Assembly: GCF_038025025.1 (NCBI RefSeq)
Contig: NW_027117352.1
Span: forward strand, 124,001 to 188,000
DNA: 64,000 bases
Direction of reading: 5' to 3'
From: Phyllosticta citribraziliensis
Taxonomy: Eukaryota
The notes beneath the pieces are model-generated. The model was not told the DNA's origin and searched no databases. It was given only the letters and a program-made list of their open reading frames with translations. Shown here one piece after another: positions 1 through 12,168 of this stretch. Both the position numbers and the translations under genes were made by a program. The stretch's first letter is position 1; each line of letters opens with the position of its first letter.

Positions 1-26
1 CTTTTGGAGACTGTCAAGCCTCCGTC

Positions 27-422
27 TCATCCTCTGGTGGGAAAGGCGGGGGATGAGGTGCAGAAGGCGATGAGACAGAGGAGCGGGTCCAGGCTCCCGC
101 CGCAGAATTTCTTGCAGCCCCTGCTGCACTCGCTGGACACATCGTCGCTCCCGTCGTACTTTTGGCGATCGCTGGCGTCATGGCTGTCGCCTCGGGTGCG
201 CGAGATAGTCAACCGCGGGGGCGTGTCGGCCAGGACGCTGCGCAGCAACAGGGACAGGGTGCGCGAGGCAATCCGCGAATGCGTCAACCGAGGATCACAG
301 CTGCCGACGAGCTCGCTGAGGAGTACGAGCGGACGCACGGCGGCAGGTAATTGGGAGCGGGAAGCGGCTGTCATGGTGAGTTCTATTGTCGGGGTGCTGA
401 GATGAAGGTCTTGGCCTTGCAT
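27..422 (-). CDS. Possible small hypothetical protein with Cys-rich C-terminus (ECSRGCKKFCGG..LLCLIAFC)
   Basis: Minus-strand ORF with ATG at 422 (or 374) and a TATATA element near 524-531 about 100 nt upstream; divergent from VTS1; no recognisable domain. Confidence 0.3.
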   Translation of the reverse strand: MQGQDLHLSTPTIELTMTAASRSQLPAAVRPLVLLSELVGSCDPRLTHSRIASRTLSLLLRSVLADTPPRLTISRTRGDSHDASDRQKYDGSDDVSSECSRGCKKFCGGSLDPLLCLIAFCTSSPAFPTRG

Positions 423-1376
423 GGTAGCAGGAGGTGTGAAGGCAAATGCCGGGAACAAAGAATCGTCTGACAGGGCGGGACCGTTGACGTCCTCTGGAAT
501 ACACGATGCACAAAGGCGTTGTCTATATATAGGAGGTCGAGGACTGGTGAGGCGACGAGGGAGGGAGACGAAGCCGTGGGGCTCGGCAGGGTCGGCAGAG
601 GGATATCGGGATGTGTGATTGTGAGTCGAGCGAGCACTCAGTCCAGACGCGGCCGGGCAGCACATGCAAATGAAGGAACAGGCGCAGCGAGGTGAAGTGA
701 AGCGCTCAATTCTGGTTGACGTGCCCTGTCTTTGTGTCTAGCGCGACGAGTGCCCCAGAGGCAACCCTGCGCGGGCCGCCCTGCCAAGTGCAGTGCAGTA
801 CAGTACAGTACCCTGGGCTACAGCCTGAGAGTCAGTCCCTCCCGTCGAGCGCCAGAAGCACCAGAGCTGCTCTACCACCCAACCCTGTCCACCACACCTC
901 TTCCTCTTCCTCTTCCACTTCCACTTCCCTTCGCCTGCCGCCACCCTCTTCTTCCTCCTCCTCTTCCGCCAACACCATCGCAGCGCTGCTCCGCCTCTCC
1001 TCGCCCGCTCGCCTTCTCTTCTTGTACTTTGGCCTTTCCGCTGCTCTTTGCTCGTCTCCGGCCACCAAGCCGCCAGTCCGCTTCCGCTCCGTCCCGCACA
1101 CTTCTGCGGCGCTGCATCGCCGCTTTCATTGTTCCCCCTCCTGAAAGCCACACATCGAATCTCCCTTGAGGCCAGTTGATCTGCGGGCGTTTTCGACGGT
1201 TCCCCGGCTCCTTCTCTCGCTCTTCCCATTGTGCGTCAGGTCCCCGCCCTCGGTCTCCACCGCATGTGCCAGCTTGCCCACGGCTAACCACCTCACCAGA
1301 GACTCTGCTCCGCCACGGACCACACTTTTTTTTCTCCATCCCAACTCGACCTCGTTTGACCCGTCGTCTCGCCACC

Positions 1377-3265
1377 ATGTCTGTAAGCCAGATAGCCGGC
1401 AACCGGAACAGCACTCCGGAAACATCCAGCTCCTCGCTGCGCCCGCCTTCGTCCCGGGCCATGGGCGCCAATCACCACCTTCGCGCCTCTGCCGACATGG
1501 GCGTCTTCGCCTCGTCGCCCCTGTCGAACCGTGGCATCCGGCCCTCGAGCGAGGTTTACTTCAACAAGCACGGCAACCACGATGAGGATGCCATGGAAAA
1601 GGCCGCGCAGCAGTGGATCGCCGACATTGACCAGTACGAGATAACCCTCGAGGAAATGGCGGCTGCTACGTTGGATCAGGACTTCAAGGATGAGCTGAGC
1701 GCCATTGAACAGTGGTTCCGCGTTTTGAGCGAACCTGAGCGTACTGCTGCCTTGTACCAGCTGCTCCAGCAGACAACGGGGGTCCAGCAGCGCTTCTTTA
1801 TTCAGGTACTCCAGCAAATGGCCAAGAGCCATCCCATGTCCAGCGTCCTATCGCCTGCCAACTTTGGAGAAAAGGACCCCATGTCCCAGAAGCTAAATGA
1901 TGCCATGAACAAGCTTTCCGTCGAGGGCAACCGCAATTCTGTTGGACTTGGGCGCCCGCCTCCCTCCCCTGGTGCGAAGCGCAACTCTGGATTGGACACC
2001 AACACCATCAACTCCATGTTTCCTGACGCGGCCGCTGCTATAGCAAAGCAAAAGGCCGAGTTCACTCAACACACTGGGACGGCTCCCACTTCGCAACGCA
2101 ACAGTGCTGTAGGCGAGCGTTCGTCCATGGTGGCCCCTACCATTTCGGCTCCTGATGACGGCAAGAGAGACCACCTGCCGCAGCCTCCTTCCTCTCCTTG
2201 GGGATCTCGTAGCTCTGAAAACCAGCATCCCCAGCGCCCCAAGTCCTCTTCTGGTCATCAACCCATGGGCCAGTTCACTCAACCACCTCCGTCTGCCGGT
2301 GGACTCCGTTCTCCTCGCCCTATGCACCTCTCGGGTGACAGTAACATCCAGAATACGACACTGAATGCCCCGGATAACTCCGGTGCCGGTATGCCGATGC
2401 TATCGCCGTACGGAGGTGCAAGTGGAAGCTGGGCGTCCATGGTCAACACTCCAATGATGCCAAACTTTCAGCAAAATGCAAGTCAGGCCGACATGGTTGC
2501 AAATGCAACCGCTATGAAGCTTGCTGCTCTTTCCACGGTAAACAATCGCATCCAGCTCGACGACGCTAAAAAGTATCGCCGTGCGCGCTCGTCTGAAGGA
2601 CAGGGCAACGGACACAACAACCAGCCTGGCCAGCAGAATGTGCCAGCAAGCTTGGTCATGACCAACGAGTTCGGCCAAGTCTTGACTCCCCAACAAGCGG
2701 CGGCGCTGCAGGCCCAGCAACTTGCCGCCCTTAACGGTCGTCGTTCTCGTCCTACTTCTCCTGGCATTGCAATGCAGGGCAATCAACTGGGGCCCATGAA
2801 CTTTGCTTCGCCGCAGAACAACGGTTTCCTCTCTGCCTACGACAACAGCCTTGGACCCATGAACTTGAGCCAGTTTGGCGTAGGACTTGGTGGCGGCCAC
2901 GAGGGCTACTTGTCTGACCATTCTGAGATCAATCGTGGCCGCTCACCACGTGGCAGAAGGGGAAGCTCCAAGCCTCCGGAGGATCCCACGGACCCTAACT
3001 TGTTGCAAGACATCCCGGCTTGGCTCCGGAGTCTTCGCCTGCACAAGTACACGGACAATTTGAAAGACTTGAAGTGGAGTGAGCTCATCGAACTGGACGA
3101 TGCAGCCTTGGAGAGGCGAGGCGTCAATGCGCTGGGCGCTAGACGAAAGATGCTCAAGGTGAGTTTTGGGTTTTGTCATGTTCAGGATCAAGTTTACTAA
3201 CGAGCGAGCAGGTGTTTGATCAGGTCAGGGACGCCAAGGCCGAGGGAAAGATTTCCGTTGGATGA
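1377..3265 (+). CDS. VTS1: Vts1/Smaug-family SAM-domain RNA-binding protein
   Basis: Strong context gccaccATG at 1377; conserved block [40 protein letters not shown] domain [18 protein letters not shown]...[13 protein letters not shown]; intron 3159-3211 (GTGAGT..ACTAAC..CAG); last exon [17 protein letters not shown]. Confidence 0.93.
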
Positions 3266-5772
3266 TGGAGCTGGTGAAGCCAAATCGTCTCCGCTCTTTC
3301 ATTTCTTGAGTTTTTCATTTCTACTTTGCAAAATCACAGTTTGAGGGCACATACTCGACGAGAAGAAGCATGGTCGGCCAGACAAAAAACTTTCATTTAC
3401 AACCCCGCTGGAGGGTTAGCACGCATCGCGAATGTCCTCGGCGGGAATGTCACGCTGAGGACCACAGATACAGCGTATCTCGTCGTTTCCCTTCTCATTA
3501 TCTCACTTATTTTCTCTTGAACAGTGCGGTTGATTGTTTCTTGCTCTTAGCGCCAAAACACATACCATGGAGAGGCAGGAAGCGGCGGGCCTTTTTGGGT
3601 CGATTGAAGCTTTTCTCTTCAGCATCCAGTTCTGCGGCTAATTTGTGAGCAAGATGGAATAGCAGCGTTGTCAACCATGATTTGTCTGAAAAGTGTTTTA
3701 TAGCTGACAACCGAGGCGTCATTTTGTACCATTTTGTCATGCAGCCCTACGTATATTGCTGTCAACCCCCGCCACGGCGGCCAGCTCTGGACAGTTGATC
3801 CCGGTAGGTCTGGAGCTCCTCCTTCCCTTTTTTGAAAGCATGGCGTTGAATCACCTGCAAGGTCGTCGGCTCCTCCATGTCCTGGTACCCAACGTCACCC
3901 TGTACCGTTCGCTTCGAACCAAGAAAGAATTCGCCGAAAATATGCAGCTTGGCGTCATGACCGTTACTGCCCAAGTTTCACACTTGACGCAGCACAACAA
4001 CGCCTTCAATTAAATGAGCTTGTTGCAACTTGGGAGGGACGGGATGATCCGCCAACCCGCTCAATAACAACCCGGGCCGACATGTCTGATCGCGGGTCTC
4101 GAGTTCGACGGGAGTTCCATCGCCGCCGCCTCTGCCTAGTCGTGTTTCCCTTCACATGCAGACGCTTTTTTTCTTTCTCTTTATGACAGATCCGATGATG
4201 GCGGTGTACAGGCCTTTGTTTCATTCCTCCGCTCTTTGTCATTCATCCTCCGCCCAAGAAGCCGTGAACCTGACGCTCGGCTCATTCTCATTCATATTGG
4301 AGTCTGCTGCAAAGAGCGCTTTTTCTCATTTTTGAAAAACGCCTTCGTCATAGCGCCGCCCACACTCTCTTCTTTATTCACCTCCAACAAATGTTCCTTT
4401 AAATTTTTCTCTTTGCGGCTTAGACCGCGGATGATGCTGCCCCCCGCGTCTGGCCATTGTACGCGCACCGCGCCACCTCGCTAGCTTCATACCTGTGCTT
4501 CCCATAGCCCTGCAGTCCTTGGATATCCCGCCAGCCCCCTCGATTCTGGCGGTTGACATGGCTGCTGCAATCTCTCCATCGCCGCCAGCGAGCGAGCGAG
4601 CTGTCATGTCTTGCTTTTGCTCTCGCTGGCGTTCCACAGTACCGGTCTTGTCTGGCCTGCAAGACGCCCTTGCGCTCAAGCGCGCGGTGTCGCTGCGAGG
4701 CGCGGGGAGACGAGCATCGGCGGACGGCTGCTGGCTGGCTGTCTGCCGCGAGCGAGCGAGCGAGAGGTGAGGCAACCGAAATGCTACTGCCATCCAGGAC
4801 CCGAGAATGCCGCTCTTGGCGTGGCGGGAGGCGTGACGGCGTCTCAAACGCGGTTTGGCACTATAGGGCGCATGAAAGAGCTTGGGCATGAGGCGGTGCT
4901 GTCTGAACAGGCAATCCCTTATTGCGACTGTGGCTCATTTCTCTTCGCAGCCTGCGTGGCGTCCCTGCTGGGAGTCGTCTGCTGGCCTCCCCTTGTCACG
5001 TCATTGTTCATTTCTTGTTTGTTTTCTTGCTCTCTTCCCTTCCCGATCATCCAGGCCCTTGGCATCAAGTTGGCGATGGATGGTCAGGTGTTTCCGCAAC
5101 GTGTGTATCATGCCTACGCATCGATCTTTCCCTCGTTCCCCTTACAGCCCGCGTGGTTGCACGCACGAGACTTGGATAGCGGTGATAGGAACGGCGGGAG
5201 GCCGCAGGTGCAAACGTTGGTTCCTGGTGTTGTGTTTTTGTGGCACCATGAGCCTTTTTCCCGTGTTCCTGTTCAACGTGCATCTGGCTGGCACCTCAGT
5301 GTCCCGCATCTGGTGTCACGTCCTGCACTATATGACAGCGCACACTGAACGAAACTTCAAACACTTTGCGACGACATGGCAGGCACGGCAGAAAAGCAGC
5401 AGACTGACCGCTGTTCGTGATGGTACGTCTTTGCTCGGGCCTTGCAGAAACGCACGAGCTGCTATTGGCTCGTTGTTTCGAGGGCGCCAGGCTGCACCCC
5501 AGAGCCTCGACAAGAGTCCAAAACGGGCCAAGCAAACACACCTCCGAGTTTGATGGCTTCAAGCAGCGGACGCAAGTTGTGGCACACATCATCCGCAGAG
5601 ATTGGGATGAGGAGGGTGTTCAAGACAAGCAGTGATGAGTAGATTCTATCCTGTCCTGAGCGGGAGACTCCGGCTGTGGGTGCCACGGCTTCCACCAACC
5701 TGATTGGACGTTAGGTCGAACTACATGGTAAGGCGACGAGCTCTAGTACCTATTGTTTACCTGGCCTTCCTC

Positions 5773-5783
5773 TATTATAAAAG
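5773..5783 (+). promoter_or_regulatory. TATA box upstream of GH16 gene
   Basis: TATTATAAAAG about 290 nt upstream of ATG 6066. Confidence 0.5.
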
Positions 5784-6065
5784 CCTCGAGGCTTGGCTTT
5801 TGTCTAGGTCTTCTTGTCTTTGTGTCTAGCTTCGTGGTGGAATCACCTTCCTTTTGACTCATAACAAACCTTTGTGGGAATATTTTCTGATACTCCCTAC
5901 CTCAACACCAGTTTCCGCCTCAGGCACACACCAACTAGGAAATTGTTCTATTTTCTTAGCGCGTATCCAGCCTTTCCTTTTCAACACCAACCTTTTGCAC
6001 TCACGGTCGCAACATACTTTCTACCTCACTGCCCACACTTTCGTTTATCCCGCCCGCTCAACGGC

Positions 6066-8009
6066 ATGGCCCGTTTTCATCTTCACCTCGCAACCCTGGC
6101 GGCTGCGATTCTTGCTCCCACCGGCAGCGCCGCCCCAACCTCGTCAAGCACGCTCAGCTATTGGCTTCTTCATGATTACGTCCCGGAGACGTTCTTCAAC
6201 AATTTTACATTCTTCTCTGGCCCAGCTGACCCAACTCACGGCACTGTCAACTACCTCTCTTCTCACAAGGAAGCTGTCAACAAGCAGCTCATTGGCACTG
6301 GCACTGCCGACGATGGCACCACGACTGTCAAGATTGCAGTAGACGCGAAGACCAAGCTGCAGGGCAATGCTGGACGCAACTCAATCCGCATCACGAGCAA
6401 GAACAAGTACAACAAGGGCCTTTTTGTATTCGACGTGATCCACATGCCTCCCTCCGTCTGCGGTCTTTGGCCAGCGCTCTGGCTGCTCGGCGAGCCCGAG
6501 GCCGAGTGGCCCAAGAATGGTGAAGTCGACATCATCGAGGGCGTCAATCAGCAGAGCGGCAACCTCATGACGCTGCATACCAAGAGCGACTGCAAGATCG
6601 GCAACTCCGTCTCGAGCACCTCGACCAATCCGGATGCCATCACATACACGGGCAAACGAACCACTGTCAACTGCAACGCCTACGCCGGCAATGGCTGCCA
6701 AATCGCTGCGCCAAAGGGCTCTTCTGCGGCCGATTCTACTGAGCAGGCTGCGAACAGCTACAGCTCCGGTGCCACCTACGGCACGGCGCTCAATGCCCAA
6801 GGAGGTGCTATTGTTGCAGTCGAGTGGACCACAGGCGGCTTCAAGATCTGGTCCTGGCCGCGCAACTCTGCCCCGTCCTCTGTCAAGTCAACCACCGCTA
6901 GCAACCCTTCCAATGTCACGCCCAGCAGCGACTTTGGCACGCCCATCGCCCACTTTGGCGGCCAGGGCTGCGCTTGGAACGACAACTTCAAGGACCTCGC
7001 CTTTGTCATCAACACCGACTTTTGCGGCGATTGGGCCGGCAACGTGGACTGGAACGGCGGCACTTGCACCAAAAAGACAGGCTACAAAACCTGCTCCAAC
7101 TACGTGAGAGACCACCCGGAGGCATTCGCTCAGGCATACTGGGAATTCGGTCCCGTTCGTTACTTCGCGCCATCGACTTCTTACGGCTACAGCGGCAGCA
7201 ACTTCGCTGGCGAATCGTCCAGTGACGGCAGCGCTCTCGAGAGCAGCAACGGCATCGACAACGACGACTCCTCTCAGCTCGCCGGCGACGTCCAAAACAC
7301 GACCGCTCTCGTCGACGACACTTACGATGCTCTTACCAGTGACACTCAGAACTCGACGACGCCCATTCCCGACGCGGTCCCGTCGACGCTGCTTTCCATT
7401 TCCAGGCTGACAAGCACGCCCGTGAGCATACTAGCATCTTCTGCATCAGGGAGCGCAGCTCCGTCCGCAACTAACGCGCCCAATCTTTTTGCAGGCATGA
7501 CGGAAACGCACGTATCTTCGTCCCTCGACGTCTACCGAAACGCCTCTGCCCCGTCCTCGTCCTCCTCGCGCCCTTCGTTGATCGTCCCGCCGTTCTTCCA
7601 CTTCAACCTTTCGCGGCCCGCTGCTTCGAGTTACGCCGTTTCGTCCCTCGTAAACGTCACTTCGACGCCGTTGCCGTGCGCGGGCTACAATGCTACCGCA
7701 CGTCTCCTCGGCTGCTCTCCCCGTCTGCCGCCGTACCCCAACAAAGCGTTACCGCGTCCGTCGTTTACTCCGTTTTTGAACAGTAGCAGTAGCAGCAACT
7801 GCAACAGCAGCGCCGTCACTTCGACAAGCAGTACCACAGCTCAGGGCCCTACTCCGCCAACCGCTTCGCTCATGACTTCAACTACGACTGTCAATCCAAC
7901 GACTACGCTGGTCGTGCCTGCTGCTTCGTCGGCGGCCGCGGGCGGCATGGTCGAGGCGTCGTTGGCGGCCTTGATCGCCGTCATGGTCTTCATGGTCGTT
8001 TTCATGTGA
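6066..8009 (+). CDS. Glycoside hydrolase family 16 (Lam16A-like endo-1,3(4)-beta-glucanase), secreted, Ser/Thr-rich tail, probable GPI anchor
   Basis: Signal peptide MARFHLHLATLAAAILAPTGSA; motifs DPTHGTVNY, GRNSIRI, CGLWPALW, catalytic GEVDIIEGVN, NTDFCGDWAG; long S/T-rich linker; hydrophobic C-terminus LAALIAVMVFMVVFM. Confidence 0.92.
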   Translation: MARFHLHLATLAAAILAPTGSAAPTSSSTLSYWLLHDYVPETFFNNFTFFSGPADPTHGTVNYLSSHKEAVNKQLIGTGTADDGTTTVKIAVDAKTKLQGNAGRNSIRITSKNKYNKGLFVFDVIHMPPSVCGLWPALWLLGEPEAEWPKNGEVDIIEGVNQQSGNLMTLHTKSDCKIGNSVSSTSTNPDAITYTGKRTTVNCNAYAGNGCQIAAPKGSSAADSTEQAANSYSSGATYGTALNAQGGAIVAVEWTTGGFKIWSWPRNSAPSSVKSTTASNPSNVTPSSDFGTPIAHFGGQGCAWNDNFKDLAFVINTDFCGDWAGNVDWNGGTCTKKTGYKTCSNYVRDHPEAFAQAYWEFGPVRYFAPSTSYGYSGSNFAGESSSDGSALESSNGIDNDDSSQLAGDVQNTTALVDDTYDALTSDTQNSTTPIPDAVPSTLLSISRLTSTPVSILASSASGSAAPSATNAPNLFAGMTETHVSSSLDVYRNASAPSSSSSRPSLIVPPFFHFNLSRPAASSYAVSSLVNVTSTPLPCAGYNATARLLGCSPRLPPYPNKALPRPSFTPFLNSSSSSNCNSSAVTSTSSTTAQGPTPPTASLMTSTTTVNPTTTLVVPAASSAAAGGMVEASLAALIAVMVFMVVFM

Positions 8010-9203
8010 AGAGATGGATGGCAGACATGAGGTACTGACGTACTGACCTGCAGCTTTCCCCAAATTTCCCTTTTCCTATTTCCCGCCCTCCCAGGCCTCT
8101 TTCTCTTTTTCTCCCGTCGATGCATGGCTGGCTGGCTGGCGGACGCATGCATGAGGCGGAGTGGAATGGTGGACGGAGTTTAGGGATGGCACGAAAGAGC
8201 CTCCAGTCAGTCGAGTCGGGGGTCGCCGCATTTCCTCTTTATCTTCTTGGTTCCTGTTACTGCTGCAGGTGACAGCGTAGCGCAGCTTTGGGAAGCATTT
8301 CTGCAGCGGGATTCGACGAGCGTGGTTCGTCCGTGGGAGGGGACACTTCTTCAGCATCAATGAAAATGGCATGGCCTCGTTTTCTCATCCAACGAGGCAT
8401 TCGAAATTGTGAATGTCCTGGACTGTAGCGTCGTCTTCTCACCTCTGAAGTGCACTAAGAACTTGGAGAACGAGTCAACGAAGGATCGCGTGCTCGCGCC
8501 ATGGTACGTTAGGCGTCAGCACATCCGGATTCATACAATGAGTACGGTACGAACTACGAGACCCTGATCACGAGGCAGAGGTCAGGAATGGTACGCTAGT
8601 GCGGTCTTCGACTGCCGGCGGCAAAATGCCGTTTGTTGCATGCTATTTTGCGCGCACGCCAGGGCGAACTTGTGGCGAGCAGGGGAGAATCCTTCGTCAA
8701 GCAAAAAAAAGCCATTGTGTACGTCCCTGATTTGCAAAAGGCGAACAGCGAGTAGAAGACGGCCACGCGCGATGCGCGCTGCGCAGTCGTACGGCATATC
8801 TCTGGTGGGAGGAGCTTTGGCAGACGGTGATTGAGCGAGGATGCGATAAGGCGGAGCAGAACCAAGACGGCGACACGGTGAAACGTGCAATGACCAGTGA
8901 CGTTGCCGGGCCATGAGTCTGAGAGACGGTGCAGCCAGCCAGCGGAGGCCGAAGATCGCTGCTGCCAAACCAACAACCAAGCACACTGCTCGAACGAACG
9001 TCCAGACCAAACCCCCACTACTACTTCCACCGCCAACTCTCTCAACAGGCATCCTCCGCCCCGCGCGCAACGGGGGCGAAGAGCGCGACAAACAACCTTC
9101 CTAAACAAACACTTCACAACCATCCAATTCCCGCGCGCTCCAGCGGTCCTCTCGTCCTCCAGCCACACGGTCAAGTTTCTGCTGCTGCATCAGCACCTCC
9201 ACC

Positions 9204-9797
9204 ATGTCGCAATTCTTCGAGAACCTGTGGAACTCGGTCTTCACGCCAGGCCCCACACCGACGCTGCTGGTGGCGACCAACGCCAGCTTCGCGGCGCTGC
9301 AGCTGGTCCTCTTTGCGCTGCTCCTCGCAACATACAGCATCCACTTTGTCGTGCTGTCCGGGCTGTGCGGCGGGCTGTGGTGGTCCATCAACTGGTTCGC
9401 AAACGAGCTGCGGGCGGCCACGGAGAAGGAGGAGGCGGCCCAGAAGCTGCGCGAGCGGCGCGAGAAGGAGAGGGAGAGGAGCAGGGACAAGGACGGCCGT
9501 GATGAGGGCGGCCGCGAGCCTGCCATGGGCAGAGACGGCGGTGAGGGCGAGGGCATGGACACGGGCGATGATACGGAGACTGAGACTGAGACGGAAGTCA
9601 TGAGGAAGAGTGCTATGAAGGCACGCGAGGGTGGGGTGTCTGCTGAGAGTACTCATGAAGCGCAGACTGCTACGACTACGGGCACGCAGGCGGCGGGCTT
9701 GGGCGTGGATGAAGCATTGAAGAAGCGGAGAAGCGTGGGCGACGGCGCCGAGAGCAGCACGGACAGCGAGTGGGAAAAGATTGAGCAGGAGAGATAG
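9204..9797 (+). CDS. PKR1: ER membrane V-ATPase assembly factor Pkr1
   Basis: MSQFFENLWNSVFTPGPTPTLLVATNASF...SIHFVVLSGLCGGLWWSINWF with two TM helices; acidic tail ending STDSEWEKI. Confidence 0.88.
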   Translation: MSQFFENLWNSVFTPGPTPTLLVATNASFAALQLVLFALLLATYSIHFVVLSGLCGGLWWSINWFANELRAATEKEEAAQKLRERREKERERSRDKDGRDEGGREPAMGRDGGEGEGMDTGDDTETETETEVMRKSAMKAREGGVSAESTHEAQTATTTGTQAAGLGVDEALKKRRSVGDGAESSTDSEWEKIEQER

Positions 9798-10157
9798 TCC
9801 GGCTGCGGCAGACTAGAGGGGACCTACGAGACCAGGAACCAACGAATCAAGACGTCAACCAAGCTGTAGATACCTGGTGCCCATGGTGTTTGTCGTGACT
9901 GAATGCGCAGGCCTCAGGCCAACAGCTTGATATAGTGTAATCATACAACGCGTAGTCCGTGCCCCGGCCGCTAAGCCTGTTACGCGCCACTTTTACGGCG
10001 CGTTGTACTGAACCTACCTCACCAGCTTGCCGACCACCGCCTTCTCAAACTCGACCATCACCACTCATTCGCCGCATTGCGCCTCGACCCGTCAATCCGC
10101 CCTTGCAATATACCCTCGTCTTGCTTGTTACTCGGCGCAAGCCCCTGAACATCCACC

Positions 10158-10786
10158 ATGAAGCTCGTCAGGTAAGCTGCTCCCATGCACACACACGGCG
10201 CAAGCGTAGCAGCTGCTGAGCTTTTTGACCCCAAGGCGCGTCCCCCGCGACACTGGCTGACGGCTTGTCCAACAGATTTCTGATGAAATGCCAAAATGAG
10301 ACGGTCACCATCGAGCTCAAAAACGGTACGTCGAAACACGCCGGACATGCGCCTGCGCCCCGCAGCATCCCCAGAGCGCACAACGACACGCCGAATCCGC
10401 CGTCTCCCCCCCCAACGGCAGATTTGAATTCGTCATGAACAATCCGCTAAGACACGAATGAATGGGCAGGAACGGTCATCAACGGCACCATCGCGTCGGT
10501 GTCGCCGCAGATGAACACGGCGCTGCACAGAGTCAAGATGACGGTCAAGGGCCGCGAGACGACCGAGCTCGACACCATCAACGTCCGCGGCTCGACCATC
10601 CGCTACTACATCCTCCCCGACTCGCTGCCTCTCGACACGCTCCTCATCGACGACGCACCCAAGCCCAAGAACAAGGCCCGCAAGGAGCAGGCAGACCGCG
10701 GCGGCCGTGGCGGGCGCGGGCGCGGTGGTAGGGGCAGAGGTGGCGGCGGCCGCGGACGCGGACGCGGCGGTGGCCGTGGCTTCTAA
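10158..10786 (+). CDS. SMD1: Small nuclear ribonucleoprotein Sm D1
   Basis: Exons 10158-10171, 10276-10325, 10470-10786 give [23 protein letters not shown]...MNTAL...[23 protein letters not shown] plus an RG-repeat tail. Confidence 0.96.
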
Positions 10787-11805
10787 GCAAGAGAGGGAGA
10801 GTCTGGTTTCCGAGGCTGACATTGTCGATATCAAAAAGACGGAAGTGCGCGGGCGTCAGGAGACGGGGCCCAGTCTATGACAGCCAGCTTATGTGGCTGA
10901 ACTGGGCACGACGAAAAGAGCGCATTGAGGATCACGTTGGAGAGGAGATGGAGCGAGCGGCCGCCCGGGGAATTTCAAGTGGACACTTTTTTCTATTCAG
11001 CGATGCTGCGGGCATTCATTTCCCATTCAAACGGGGCTGCAAGGAGCTTGGGAAACAGAAGAGCGAGTCCTCGATGTGATAGGATTCAGTAAGCCCGACA
11101 AAGGACAAATCAAAGTCACAAAAACAGGTGAAAGAACATGAGCTCGCGCGGTCTAGTCATGCATGCGCTTTGCTGTCTGATATCTTGCGAGGGAGGGCGT
11201 CATTCAAAATGCACGCCGCACATCTCACAGGTTGGCTGATGGCAGTGCAGGTGGTCCAGCTTACAAGTTCAATGTCCAGGTCTTATGGACTTGGTGGTCT
11301 ATTTTCCCGGAAGCTTGCCTTTTGTCGTTCAGGCGCAGTGGTTGTTGACATTTGACGAGAGCAGATTTTCCAGTGGAGGCGCTTGGAAGGAACACGTGCG
11401 TACCTTGACCACCAGGCTATACAGCCAGATGGTCAGCCCTACGACTCAGGAACGAGAGGTTCTGGCCTGCTCGCAATGTCCTCGACGATCTAACTTGAAC
11501 GGTATGTTTGGTGTCAAGAGCTGCGCATTAAAAGTTGAACGTCTGGCCGTGACAAGGAAGCACTCGACTCGGCATCGGGTATCCCCGCCGAGATTGTTGA
11601 CCAGTGACGCAGACCGGATCCAGTTCCAGCGGACATGTCTACATGTTTCAGTCTTGATGTTTGGGGCGAGGGAGTGATCAAAGTGGGTTACGCAACGGCG
11701 CCGCGTGGATGTGGTCCTGAAGAAGTTCCGGTTCGATTCCAGCCTGACGCGGGTGCCGTCGAGGATGGCGTGCTCGTCAAAAGATCTTATCTCTGGCGGC
11801 GGAGC

Positions 11806-11832
11806 GGGACCACAGGGACCACAGGGACCACC
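11806..11832. repeat. 9-bp direct repeat (GGGACCACA)x3 in the promoter of the dioxygenase gene
   Basis: gggaccaca gggaccaca gggaccacc read directly. Confidence 0.7.
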
Positions 11833-12168
11833 GCGAGCGTCTCGTCGACATTTTTGGTTTTGGCTTGGCCCAAACCCCGCAGCGATCGCCAGCTTGGGAT
11901 ATCGTGCTCCGGCAAAGCTATCACGCAAGAGGCCGCCTGGTATGAGGAATACCCTCGCCCGCCAACAGACCCGGTTTTGTCGTCTGCGACGCCGGCCATT
12001 GTCAGGCCAAGGTGCTTCGATACACTATTCCCGGCTCTTCCATGCCGATTGTTCCTCGTGAAGTCGCATTGCTACTCCACCACCCCCCAGAGCTTATATA
12101 CCTACCATTTACCCCTCCACTGACTCTTTGCTTTTCCCACCCCATCCTGCAACCCTCTTCTCACCACC

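Noticed and set aside
3750..5700. Numerous short ORFs between VTS1 and the GH16 gene
   Set aside because: No recognisable motifs, consistent splice structure or codon bias; likely UTR and promoter DNA
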